DNA from: a virus
Taxonomy: Duplodnaviria; Heunggongvirae; Uroviricota; Caudoviricetes
Direction: 5' to 3' (one strand)
Length of the DNA stretch: 26,124 bases
IMG/VR virus record: IMGVR_UViG_2698536443_000009
Location: 1 to 26,124 of that record
Both the position numbers and the translations under genes were made by a program. Below the pieces are notes generated by a model. The model searched no databases and was not told the origin of the DNA. It saw only the letters and a program-made list of their open reading frames with translations. Position 1 is the stretch's first letter; each line of letters starts with the position of its first letter. Positions 9,813-18,947 of this stretch are shown here, one piece after another.

Positions 9813-11201
9813 ATGGCTACTTGGCAAGGATCAAATGGCGGATTGTTGGCTGGTATCGGCGGTGTCAACTCAAACGCTCCGAGCGTAAATGACATCGGCA
9901 ATACGCTTCAGCTTATCAGGCAGAACAATGATATTGAGCGTTCAGGCGCTAACAATGTTGGGCTGACTGCTTTGCAAGGCCTTTCAGGTATTGCGGGGGT
10001 GTTTCAGCAGGAAAAGCAGGCTCAGCGGCAGAAAGAATTTCAGCAGGCATACGCTAATGCTTATGCGTCTGGTGATCGCGGTGCTTTGCGTCAGTTGGCT
10101 ACTCAATATCCAGACCAGATTGAATCCGTTCGTAAAGGCATGGGATTCATTGATGAAGACCAGCGCAATTCTATCGGCACCTTAGCGGCTGGCGCTCGTC
10201 TTGCGGCATCGTCTCCAGAAGCAATGCAATCATGGCTGCAAAACAACGCCAAGGAACTGACTCGCGTCGGTGTTGACCCTAACAACGTTGCTCAGATGTA
10301 TCAGCAGAATCCTTCAGGATTTGGTGAGTTTGTTGATCACCTTGGGATGGCTGCGCTTGGTCCGATTGATTACTTCAATGTTCAGGACAAGATGGCTGGT
10401 CGTGAGATTGATCGCGGAAAACTTGCAGAGACAATCCGCAGCAATCAGGCTGGCGAGGCGCTAACAGCACGAGGCCAGAACATCACGATGCGCGGTCAGG
10501 ACTTATCTGCTTCTACTGCGCGACGCGGGCAGGATTTGGCAATGCAGCGAGCGTCAACAAGAGGAACCGCTGGGAATGATGAGCGTACAGTTCAGTTATC
10601 AGATGGCAGAACTGTAACGGTAGGCGGGAAACTTCACGGCGCTGGGGCTAATGCGTTCTACGAAGGCATCGACAACGAGGGGAATATGGTTCGCGTTCCT
10701 GCCAGTTCAATCGCAGCGCCTGCAACATCGTCTGCATCAGCACAAAACTATGCCATGAAGAAGGATATCGACGCGATCGCAAATGCAGACGCTTCTGCTC
10801 TCGATTTCATGACAGGAATGACAGGCGGTGCAGGTAATCCAGCAATTGGTGCTGATGTTCGCAGCCGATTAACAGGAAAAGAGCAGCGCCAGTTATATAA
10901 CTCAGCACAACGTATTCAGGGCAGAATGCAGAATCAGGGTGTGGCGGCAGCAAGGGACATGGGTGCCAGTGGTATTAACACCGTTGCAGAAGCGAAGATG
11001 TATTTTCAGGGGATGCCGCAGGTTGACTATTCAAGCCCGGAGGCTATGCAGCAGTCGATTCGTGAGATTCAGGAATACACCAACAATTACAACCAACAAT
11101 ATAACGTTAATGTTGGTAAATCTCAGCGGCAGCAATCTCAACCTGCACAGGTATCACAGCCAGCAGCCAGCAGTAACTTTTCTTCACTATGGGGTGATTA
11201 A
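9813..11201 (+). CDS. Ejection protein, P22 gp20-like
   Basis: 462 aa (P22 gp20 is 471 aa), in the syntenic position. RBS AAGGGG. Confidence 0.7.
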   Translation: MATWQGSNGGLLAGIGGVNSNAPSVNDIGNTLQLIRQNNDIERSGANNVGLTALQGLSGIAGVFQQEKQAQRQKEFQQAYANAYASGDRGALRQLATQYPDQIESVRKGMGFIDEDQRNSIGTLAAGARLAASSPEAMQSWLQNNAKELTRVGVDPNNVAQMYQQNPSGFGEFVDHLGMAALGPIDYFNVQDKMAGREIDRGKLAETIRSNQAGEALTARGQNITMRGQDLSASTARRGQDLAMQRASTRGTAGNDERTVQLSDGRTVTVGGKLHGAGANAFYEGIDNEGNMVRVPASSIAAPATSSASAQNYAMKKDIDAIANADASALDFMTGMTGGAGNPAIGADVRSRLTGKEQRQLYNSAQRIQGRMQNQGVAAARDMGASGINTVAEAKMYFQGMPQVDYSSPEAMQQSIREIQEYTNNYNQQYNVNVGKSQRQQSQPAQVSQPAASSNFSSLWGD

Positions 11202-13198
11202 TGGCTAAAGCATGGAAAGATGTTATCGCCTCTCCACAGTATCAGGCGTTAGCACCAGAACAAAAAGCGCAGGCTCAGGAGCAATACTTCAATGAAGTCG
11301 TGGCCCCGCAAGCCGGAGAAAATGCAGAGCAGGCTAAGCAAGCTTTCTATGCTGCCTATCCATTGCCATCTGTGCAGCAAGTGGAGACACAGCAACCAGT
11401 AGCACAGCAACAACCACAGCAAAGTGGATTTATGTCTGATCTTGGCGAAGCAGTAAAAGAGACTGGTCGCGGACTGGTGCAGGCTGGCGTGAACGTGGCA
11501 AACATACCTGCATCAGTCGCCGATGCTGTAACAAGCGCGGCGGCTTGGGCTGGCGGTAAACTCGGCATTGGCGATGGTACATATCAACCAGCGCCACGAG
11601 TAACAACGCAGGGATTAGAGCAGGACTTTGGCCTTCAGCAAGGTGCGCTGACTCCACAAACGACAGAGGGAAGGGTATTTGCTGAAGCATTGCCTTACCT
11701 CACTCCTGCTGGAGTTGAGAGAGCTGCAACACAGGCACCAACACTTGCTGGTCGAATTGCTCAGGGTGCAACTCGCCTTCTCGCAGAAAACGCAGTTGGA
11801 TCACTTGCTGCAAATAGTGCGAAAGATGATGCGGAAGCACTCGCCACCGATTTAGGCGTTGGTGTGTTGGCTGGCGGTGCTATTAACGCTGCCGGACGTG
11901 GATTAGGTGCTGCTTATCGTGGCGTTCGTGGTGCTATTGCGCCAGAAGCGCAGCAGGCTATCAGATTTGCAGAGCGTGAAGGAGTGCCTCTGCACACCAC
12001 AGACCTGTTACAACCTACTTCCCGCGTCGGAAAAATGGCTCAGACTACAGCAGAAAATATCCCTCTGGCTGGCACAAGCGGAATGAGAGCAACGCAACAG
12101 GAAGCGAGAAGTCAGTTGGTGCAGAGATTTGCCGATAAATTCGGGGAGTATGATCCAGCGGTTGTTATTGACAGCCTTAAAGCGAAAACATCAGGAATTC
12201 GTCGTGCTGCCGGTAATCGACTGGAGCAGGTTCAGAATGCTATGGCTGGAGTAAACATTCAACCTGCGCGAGCAATTCAGCAGATTGATACAGAAATATC
12301 TAACCTGCAGAAGCTTGGTAAGGTTGCTGATAACGAGACTATTTCAAAACTTCAGTCATATCGTGATGAGCTTGTTCGCAATGCTGGTCCTGATGGTCCG
12401 GTCAATCTGGATTTGAAGCAATTAAGCGATCTGCGCAGCCAGTTCAGAATGGACGTGAAGGGTGAGCGACCAGTGTTACCAAACCGTTCCGATGCTGCCA
12501 TTCAGCGAGTTTACAAGGCGATGACCGACGATATCAATGGTGCCATTGGTCAGAATCTTGGCAATGATACTCTTCGTAAATATCAGCAGGCCAATGCCGT
12601 CTACGCTGACGAAGCGGCGAAACTAAAGAATACCAGGCTGAAGAATGTTCTCATGAAAGGCGACCTGACGCCGGAAGTTGTCAACAACATGCTATTCAGC
12701 AAGAACAAATCGGAAATTAAGACTCTGTATAACTCAGTTGGTCGTGTTGGCAGGGCGCAAATGCGCAATGGCATCATTGGAAAGGCGATGGAGAAATCAG
12801 GTGGTTCCCCTGACCAGTTCCTTCGGCAACTTAACATCCTGCAAAACCAGACTGGCATCACATTTAAAGGTCAGGAAGCCGCTTATCTGAAAGGATTGAA
12901 AAACTACCTGCAATCCACGCAACAGGCTGCAAAAGCAGCAGTAACAACACCAACAGGGCAGCAAACCATCCCGTTCATTATCGGGTATGGGACGGCAATG
13001 AACCCGGCGACAACTGGCGCAGCGGTAAGCTACGGACTTCTTACTCGCGCCTATGAGAGCGAGCCATTCAGAAATGCAATGCTCCGAATGGCAAACACAC
13101 CACGCGGATCAACAGCGTTTGAGAAAGCCATGCAGCAGGCGCAAAAGGCCATTAACGCCCTGACTCAGGGTGCCAAGTCTGATGCGTTGTCAGAATAG
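11201..13198 (+). CDS. Ejection protein, P22 gp16-like
   Basis: 665 aa (P22 gp16 is 609 aa), last gene of the ejection trio, with a TAATG overlap to the preceding gene. Confidence 0.7.
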   Translation: MAKAWKDVIASPQYQALAPEQKAQAQEQYFNEVVAPQAGENAEQAKQAFYAAYPLPSVQQVETQQPVAQQQPQQSGFMSDLGEAVKETGRGLVQAGVNVANIPASVADAVTSAAAWAGGKLGIGDGTYQPAPRVTTQGLEQDFGLQQGALTPQTTEGRVFAEALPYLTPAGVERAATQAPTLAGRIAQGATRLLAENAVGSLAANSAKDDAEALATDLGVGVLAGGAINAAGRGLGAAYRGVRGAIAPEAQQAIRFAEREGVPLHTTDLLQPTSRVGKMAQTTAENIPLAGTSGMRATQQEARSQLVQRFADKFGEYDPAVVIDSLKAKTSGIRRAAGNRLEQVQNAMAGVNIQPARAIQQIDTEISNLQKLGKVADNETISKLQSYRDELVRNAGPDGPVNLDLKQLSDLRSQFRMDVKGERPVLPNRSDAAIQRVYKAMTDDINGAIGQNLGNDTLRKYQQANAVYADEAAKLKNTRLKNVLMKGDLTPEVVNNMLFSKNKSEIKTLYNSVGRVGRAQMRNGIIGKAMEKSGGSPDQFLRQLNILQNQTGITFKGQEAAYLKGLKNYLQSTQQAAKAAVTTPTGQQTIPFIIGYGTAMNPATTGAAVSYGLLTRAYESEPFRNAMLRMANTPRGSTAFEKAMQQAQKAINALTQGAKSDALSE

Positions 13199-13267
13199 CT
13201 TCGCAAACACCAGGAACGTGCAAAAACCAAATATGTAGAACGCAATATTCATCATATCTCTTTGCAT
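13190..13267 (-). CDS. Candidate small hydrophobic peptide (25 aa, MQRDMMNIAFYIFGFCTFLVFAKLF) downstream of mnt
   Basis: On the minus strand, GGAGG (13276-13272) lies 4 nt before an ATG at 13267; the ORF runs to a TGA at 13192-13190. It is too short for the ORF track. It occupies the position where P22 carries sieA/hkcC. Confidence 0.25.
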   Translation of the reverse strand: MQRDMMNIAFYIFGFCTFLVFAKLF

Positions 13268-13287
13268 AAATCCTCCGTAATGGATGG

Positions 13288-13551
13288 TTAGTTGCTGTCT
13301 TTTTTATATAGCTCCTTTAGCGTGTCAAAGACAATTTTCTTAACCATATCGGATTGTTGTTCTGCCATACGCTCTGCATCGTCAATGTAAACTGATGCAG
13401 AGCTTTGTTTATCCAGTGATTCTTCAATCGCTGCAATTATCTCTGAGTTCAGAGACCTGTTATTCATCTTCGCACGCTGTTTAATCTTCGCGTGGAGTTC
13501 ATGCGGAAGTCTCAAGTGAAACTGCGCCTCGTCGTATTTGCTGTACATCAT
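13288..13551 (-). CDS. mnt: Mnt repressor (Arc/MetJ ribbon-helix-helix family), P22 immI region
   Basis: From the MMYSKYDE start, the protein aligns along its length with P22 Mnt: FHLRLPHELHAKIKQRAKMNNRSLNSEIIAAIEESLDK versus FNFRMPMEVREKLKFRAEANGRSMNSELLQIVQDALSK, and DDAERMAEQQSDMVKKIVFDTLKELYKK versus NDAERLADEQSELVKKMVFDTLKDLYKK. The track ORF is extended upstream to 13632; the start at 13551 (or 13548) has a GGTGAGG RBS. Confidence 0.85.
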   Translation of the reverse strand: MMYSKYDEAQFHLRLPHELHAKIKQRAKMNNRSLNSEIIAAIEESLDKQSSASVYIDDAERMAEQQSDMVKKIVFDTLKELYKKDSN

Positions 13552-13962
13552 CAATGCCTCACCTAATGGGTGGAATGGCATCGTAAAACCTACTGTACAA
13601 ATCAACAATCGTACCGTTTCGGTATGTAACAAACGCCAACCGTAGCCATGCTGCGGCGATTCCTTGTATCTGGAGCAAATTAAATGACAGATATTATAAA
13701 TAGGAATTTTTATTTAATAATATTTGAAAATTAAAATCATGGACGATAGGAATAAAAGTAGTACTTGTCATTTTTAAGTGACGCATTAAACGCATAAAGC
13801 ATATGTCTGTTGATCAAGATTCTTACTTGTTGTAAAATAATTGTCCTGTTCATGTTGCATGGTTTTAAAATGAATAGAAGATTATTTTTCAAAACAATTG
13901 CATCTTTGTCTGCAGTCATTCCGTTTTCTTCAATATCTAAATTTTCAAACAGGATGACTAAT
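13552..13962. promoter_or_regulatory. AT-rich control region between mnt and the tailspike gene (expected Pmnt, possible operator remnants and tailspike promoter)
   Basis: About 410 bp of AT-rich non-coding sequence with several inverted repeats (CACC-N6-GGTG near the mnt start; AAATGACA ... TGTCATTT separated by about 75 bp). P22 has arc and ant here; they are absent. Confidence 0.35.
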
Positions 13963-16194
13963 ATGCCTGATATAACTCCAAATGTTGTAATTGGGATGCC
14001 TTCGCAACTCTTCACTATGGCTCGCTCTTTTAAAGCGGTAGCCAATGGCAAAATTTATATAGGAAAAATTGACACTGACCCGGTAAATCCTGAAAACCAA
14101 ATTCAGGTTTATGTAGAGAACGAAGACGGTTCTCACGTTCCTGTTTCGCAACCAATCATCATTAACGCTGCTGGTTATCCGGTATATAACGGACAGATTG
14201 CCAAATTCGTAACCGTGCAAGGCCATTCAATGGCTGTTTATGATGCATACGGTGCGCAGCAGTTCTATTTTCCTAATGTGCTGAAGTATGACCCTGATCA
14301 GTTTAGAACAATAATAGAGTCAAATTATGGTGCGGGGCATGTTGGTACTTCGTCTGGACTAACAATTCAGCAGTTGATTGATTCTTTTATTGTAGTTACA
14401 CCACAAATGTTTGGTGAATCTGGAAAGTCAAATGATTCAACAATAGCAATTAACTCTGCATTGGACTATCTTGAGTCTCTAGGTGGTGGGATTATTTATC
14501 TTCCTCCAGGTAAATATTACGTCAGCATTGAAAAATCAGGTCATAATTATTCATGCATTAGAGTTCCCGCTAACGTAACTTTCTGTGGGGCTGGTGCTGG
14601 ATCTACCATCATTCAGAGACTACCCACTGAGAGGGGGATGGATGGTGTCTTGATAACAAATAAATATTATGATACTAGAACTGGCTATGGAGCTGCCGGC
14701 AATATTGTTTTTAGAGATTTTACAATCACTGACGGTAGCGCAACCCCAACAAGGGATTATGGTGATTTAATCGGTTTAGGTCATAGCAAAAATGTAACTA
14801 TAGAGAGAGTGGAGCAAGGGAGACATGATCAACATTTTGTTGATATTGCAGGATCAACCGATGTAACAGTCAAAGACTGTCACGGGTCGTGTGATATGGA
14901 GGTGGACCATATTACGTGGAATTGTGATATACAGATTGATTCCGCTCAACCAAACGCAATACTTGGAATTAAAGTTGATGGCACACCTAGCACAAATATA
15001 ATTATTAGCGGAAATAAACTTCAAAACAAAAGCTCAAATTTGCAAATTGAAATAGGACATGCTGGGGGAGTATATAGAAATATTATTATTTCTGATAACA
15101 TACTTGATGGGGCATATTTTCAAGACTCATCAGTTATTGGTTGTAACTCAACAACAGCTACCATTATCAATTTGAGCATAAATAACAATCAAATACTAAC
15201 AAATAATATAAATTCAAGAGGTGTTAATCTTTATTGTCTTGGGAATAACGAAAAACTTATTGGTATTTCTTTTAGTAATAATATTATAAGAGGTTATGCT
15301 AGGATTGGTGCATGGTTTGGGACTAATGGTAATTATACTGGAACGAAGTTTCCTCATGATGATGTAACAATAATAGGAAATAAATTCTTTCTAACATCGC
15401 CTTCATCTGGAACATTTGTTCAAGGTGTTGTTGTTGCTGGTTGGCGATCTGTTGTATGTAGTGATAATATAGTTGAGATATATTCTGATAATGAATTTTC
15501 TTCAGGGTGTTCGGTGATATCAGTTTGGAAAAATGGTAGTGCTAAGGTAAGTGATAACAATATCTCTAGAACATGTGGTGCAACACCTGACGTATCATCT
15601 TCAGTTATTTCGTTGATACTAATCACCCCTGAACCTTCCAGCATTGATAAGGCGTCATCAATCCATATTAATGGAAATGCTTTCTTTGGAGATATTCCTA
15701 GATATGCAATAAATCACAAAGAAGGGTGGATTGAAGGATATGACATGATAGTTGTATCAGGCTCTCATGGTAGATTTAACCAAACATTTATAGGCACGCA
15801 AGGGGCGCATATGTATGAAACGTACCCAATTTCTGATATGACAAATTTCAATCAACCAGTGTCAATAAATGGTCAATATAGAAGGCAGGTATACAGAGGA
15901 AATATTTACAAGTCAACGTTCAATTTGAAGAAAAATGGAAGTGAAACAAGTGGGGCTAAGGTGGATTTTTTTATATCTAATGAACGCTCAAAAATAACAG
16001 GTTCTGAACAATTGAATGTAGCATATATATCTCCAACTGAGTCTGTGGGAATCACCGCTACATCAATAGATTTGTCATCAGGAACACTTAATATAATTAC
16101 TGGAACAAATGGTGTATCTATGAATTTAAATCCATCCAATAAGCAGCCTGAAATAAGAAATAGCGCGTATATAAGCGCAAGGATTTCCATTTAA
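13963..16194 (+). CDS. Tailspike protein: P22 gp9-like head-binding N-terminal domain plus divergent receptor-binding domain
   Basis: [97 protein letters not shown]...[10 protein letters not shown] matches the P22 tailspike N-terminal domain closely. AGGA RBS 8 nt upstream of the ATG at 13963. The rest is AT-rich and unrelated to P22 gp9. The track ORF starts further upstream at 13810. Confidence 0.9.
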   Translation: MPDITPNVVIGMPSQLFTMARSFKAVANGKIYIGKIDTDPVNPENQIQVYVENEDGSHVPVSQPIIINAAGYPVYNGQIAKFVTVQGHSMAVYDAYGAQQFYFPNVLKYDPDQFRTIIESNYGAGHVGTSSGLTIQQLIDSFIVVTPQMFGESGKSNDSTIAINSALDYLESLGGGIIYLPPGKYYVSIEKSGHNYSCIRVPANVTFCGAGAGSTIIQRLPTERGMDGVLITNKYYDTRTGYGAAGNIVFRDFTITDGSATPTRDYGDLIGLGHSKNVTIERVEQGRHDQHFVDIAGSTDVTVKDCHGSCDMEVDHITWNCDIQIDSAQPNAILGIKVDGTPSTNIIISGNKLQNKSSNLQIEIGHAGGVYRNIIISDNILDGAYFQDSSVIGCNSTTATIINLSINNNQILTNNINSRGVNLYCLGNNEKLIGISFSNNIIRGYARIGAWFGTNGNYTGTKFPHDDVTIIGNKFFLTSPSSGTFVQGVVVAGWRSVVCSDNIVEIYSDNEFSSGCSVISVWKNGSAKVSDNNISRTCGATPDVSSSVISLILITPEPSSIDKASSIHINGNAFFGDIPRYAINHKEGWIEGYDMIVVSGSHGRFNQTFIGTQGAHMYETYPISDMTNFNQPVSINGQYRRQVYRGNIYKSTFNLKKNGSETSGAKVDFFISNERSKITGSEQLNVAYISPTESVGITATSIDLSSGTLNIITGTNGVSMNLNPSNKQPEIRNSAYISARISI

Positions 16195-16985
16195 AATTCA
16201 GAAATTAGCCATAAAAAGCATGAAGTCTATCATCCAAGTGTCAATCGATCGATGACTTGCGGTGGTTGATGAGACAAAACTGAGACACACAAAGCTTTGC
16301 ACTGGATTGCAAGGCTTTGTGCTCTTCGATAGTGGTTAAGGTGGATCACTCCACCTTTTCATCAAGCCAGTCTGCCCACCACTGCATCATTTCTCTGCGC
16401 TTAATGTAGCGGATGCCTCACTATCACATAGTGATGGTTCATTACTGCTTTGTAGAATTGATAGAGAACTGAGGATAAAAAGATATCCCAAAACCCCAAA
16501 ATCTCATCTTTAGGATTTGCAGAAAGGGAGGCGTGAACAGATACCTGCGCATGAAGACGGAACTAGTCCAGATGTGATATTTGTGGTGATCACATACATC
16601 ATTAACGATGCTCGTTATGGTGAGTTTGATGACTACCCGCTGAAGTGAAAATTGTGTTGTGTACCAAATTGCGTACCAAACTAAAATCACAAATCATGAA
16701 ACCCTTGTTCATGGCGGTTCTCAGGGGTGTTGCGCGTAATCGTGAAACAAAAAGGTAGATTGTTGCTTACCGTCATTCATCATTAGGTTAAATCCGTTAT
16801 TTCTGCTGTCTGCCAGAGTATCAAATATCACCGTGCTAATCAGCTTTAGCGCCACAATTTGGCAGCGAGTGGCAACAGATCATGTCAGATAAAAATGAGA
16901 GGGTAGTCACATTTTCTTGCACTTTATTCCAGCCAGTTCATAAGTATTTCCGTAAAAAGAACAGCTATTTGAAACTCCTGAGGGT

Positions 16986-18158
16986 TTGCTGTTGAAACGC
17001 CGTCTTATTATTGCTGCTTCTTTGTTCGTTTTTAACTTATCGTCTGGTTTTGCGGCGGAAAACATTCCTTTTTCACCTCAGCCTCCAGAGATTCATGCCG
17101 GGTCCTGGGTATTGATGGATTACACCACCGGTCAGATCCTCACCGCGGGTAATGAGCATCAACAGCGCAATCCCGCCAGCCTGACAAAGCTGATGACGGG
17201 TTATGTCGTGGATCGCGCTATCGATAGTCATCGCATTACGCCAGACGATATTGTCACCGTGGGGCGCGATGCGTGGGCGAAAGATAATCCGGTGTTTGTC
17301 GGTTCTTCACTGATGTTTTTGAAAGAGGGCGATCGCGTATCGGTACGTGATTTAAGCCGTGGTTTAATTGTGGATTCCGGAAATGACGCTTGTGTTGCTC
17401 TGGCTGACTATATTGCCGGTGGGCAACGGCAGTTTGTTGAAATGATGAACAACTATGCCGAGAAGCTGCATCTCAAGGATACGCATTTTGAAACAGTGCA
17501 TGGTCTGGATGCACCTGGCCAGCATAGCTCGGCTTATGATTTAGCTGTGCTTTCTCGTGCTATCATCCACGGCGAGCCCGAGTTTTATCATATGTACAGT
17601 GAGAAAAGTCTCACCTGGAACGGTATCACCCAGCAAAACCGTAACGGGTTGTTGTGGGATAAAACCATGAATGTTGACGGCCTGAAAACGGGTCATACTT
17701 CTGGTGCCGGGTTTAATCTCATTGCTTCGGCTGTAGATGGGCAGCGTCGTCTCATTGCAGTGGTAATGGGGGCTGACAGTGCAAAAGGTCGTGAGGAAGA
17801 GGCAAGAAAATTACTGCGTTGGGGGCAACAAAACTTTACTACGGTGCAAATTTTGCACCGTGGGAAAAAGGTCGGAACGGAACGCATCTGGTATGGCGAT
17901 AAAGAAAATATCGACCTGGGAACGGAACAAGAGTTCTGGATGGTGCTACCGAAAGCCGAAATTCCACATATCAAAGCCAAATATACCCTTGATGGTAAAG
18001 AACTCACCGCGCCAATTAGCGCCCATCAGCGGGTAGGGGAAATTGAACTTTACGACCGTGATAAACAGGTGGCGCACTGGCCGCTGGTTACCCTGGAATC
18101 TGTCGGGGAAGGCAGCATGTTTTCTCGCCTGAGTGATTATTTCCACCATAAGGCCTGA
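16986..18158 (+). CDS. dacD: D-alanyl-D-alanine carboxypeptidase DacD (PBP6b)
   Basis: Signal peptide, SLTKLMT (SxxK active-site motif), SGND and KTGHT motifs typical of class A low-molecular-weight PBPs. Length and sequence fit E. coli DacD. Start is TTG at 16986 or the TTG at 16992 (giving 388 aa). Confidence 0.93.
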   Translation: MLLKRRLIIAASLFVFNLSSGFAAENIPFSPQPPEIHAGSWVLMDYTTGQILTAGNEHQQRNPASLTKLMTGYVVDRAIDSHRITPDDIVTVGRDAWAKDNPVFVGSSLMFLKEGDRVSVRDLSRGLIVDSGNDACVALADYIAGGQRQFVEMMNNYAEKLHLKDTHFETVHGLDAPGQHSSAYDLAVLSRAIIHGEPEFYHMYSEKSLTWNGITQQNRNGLLWDKTMNVDGLKTGHTSGAGFNLIASAVDGQRRLIAVVMGADSAKGREEEARKLLRWGQQNFTTVQILHRGKKVGTERIWYGDKENIDLGTEQEFWMVLPKAEIPHIKAKYTLDGKELTAPISAHQRVGEIELYDRDKQVAHWPLVTLESVGEGSMFSRLSDYFHHKA

Positions 18159-18242
18159 CCTTTCTTTTGCAGCAGACTGGCAGGAGTGCGAGTCTGCTCG
18201 CATAATCAACACTCATTCCTTGTGGTTTTAATTTTGCAACTA

Positions 18243-18262
18243 TACTGTATATAAAAACAGTG
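18243..18262 (+). promoter_or_regulatory. LexA box (SOS operator) upstream of sbmC
   Basis: taCTGTATATAAAAACAGtg fits the CTG-N10-CAG LexA consensus and ends about 15 nt before the sbmC start. sbmC is a known SOS-inducible gene. Confidence 0.65.
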
Positions 18263-18276
18263 TCAATGGAGGCGTC

Positions 18277-18750
18277 ATGAACTACGAGATTAAGCAGGAA
18301 GAGAAACGTACCGTTGCAGGTTTCCATCTCGTTGGCCCGTGGGAACAGACGGTAAAGAAAGGCTTTGAGCAGTTGATGATGTGGGTAGATAGCAAAAATA
18401 TTGTGCCGAAGGAGTGGGTTGCTGTCTATTACGACAATCCAGATGAAACACCCGCCGAAAAATTACGCTGCGACACCGTCGTGACGGTGCCGGGTTACTT
18501 TACGCTTCCCGAAAACAGTGAGGGCGTCATTCTGACAGAAATTACAGGTGGTCAGTATGCGGTGGCGGTAGCTCGTGTAGTCGGTGATGATTTTGCTAAA
18601 CCCTGGTATCAGTTCTTTAATAGTCTCTTGCAGGACAGTGCTTATGAAATGTTACCAAAGCCCTGCTTCGAGGTTTATTTGAACAATGGCGCGGAAGATG
18701 GGTACTGGGATATCGAAATGTATGTTGCGGTGCAGCCAAAACATCACTAA
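18277..18750 (+). CDS. sbmC: DNA gyrase inhibitor SbmC (GyrI)
   Basis: 157 aa, sequence and length consistent with E. coli SbmC, directly downstream of dacD as in E. coli K-12. Confidence 0.92.
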   Translation: MNYEIKQEEKRTVAGFHLVGPWEQTVKKGFEQLMMWVDSKNIVPKEWVAVYYDNPDETPAEKLRCDTVVTVPGYFTLPENSEGVILTEITGGQYAVAVARVVGDDFAKPWYQFFNSLLQDSAYEMLPKPCFEVYLNNGAEDGYWDIEMYVAVQPKHH

Positions 18751-18947
18751 TTCATCTCAGGGCGGTGTGTTAACGCGATGACCACTCTTTTTTTTGAAAG
18801 CGAAAAGAGTAAGATGCGCCTTTCAATTTTTTCGCTCCTGCCGGGAAATTACACTGTTCCCGGTTTGTCCGTCGGATAATTCAGAGGCGCGCCTTCTGGC
18901 CGACAGATGAGTTATGAGCGCTTTTAATCTCATTACGGAGTTTCTGC

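Larger units (their letters stand above)
1..16440 (+). mobile_element. Late/right arm of a P22-like prophage (packaging, head, tail, ejection, immI remnant, tailspike); right boundary approximate, left end lies outside the window
   Basis: Gene order and protein similarity match the P22/Sf6/HK620 late operon (large terminase, portal, scaffold, coat, gp4, gp10, gp26, gp14, gp7, gp20, gp16, mnt, tailspike). Sequence downstream of the tailspike is non-coding until host dacD. Confidence 0.8.

Noticed and set aside
13810-13962. In-frame upstream extension of the tailspike ORF containing a twin-arginine-like motif ([21 protein letters not shown])
   Set aside because: Homology to the P22 tailspike N-terminus begins exactly at the ATG at 13963, which has a well-spaced AGGA RBS. 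A Tat signal on a virion tailspike is implausible, and the motif lies in AT-rich sequence where open frames arise by chance. It could be a relic of a deleted upstream gene.
13737-14051. 104-aa minus-strand ORF across the mnt-tailspike spacer and tailspike start
   Set aside because: It overlaps the conserved tailspike N-terminal coding region in antisense and lies in AT-rich DNA; no RBS; likely spurious.
16442-16690. 82-aa minus-strand ORF in the prophage/host junction
   Set aside because: W/Y/F-rich low-complexity translation, no RBS, no recognisable family; considered as a possible sbcB or gtr remnant but nothing supports it.
16195-16985. Search for a tRNA gene or tRNA 3-prime end (typical att site of P22-like phages)
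   Set aside because: No GTTCGAATC/GTTCAAATC T-arm motif or cloverleaf-compatible segment was found; the hairpins present are too short or irregular for a tRNA.
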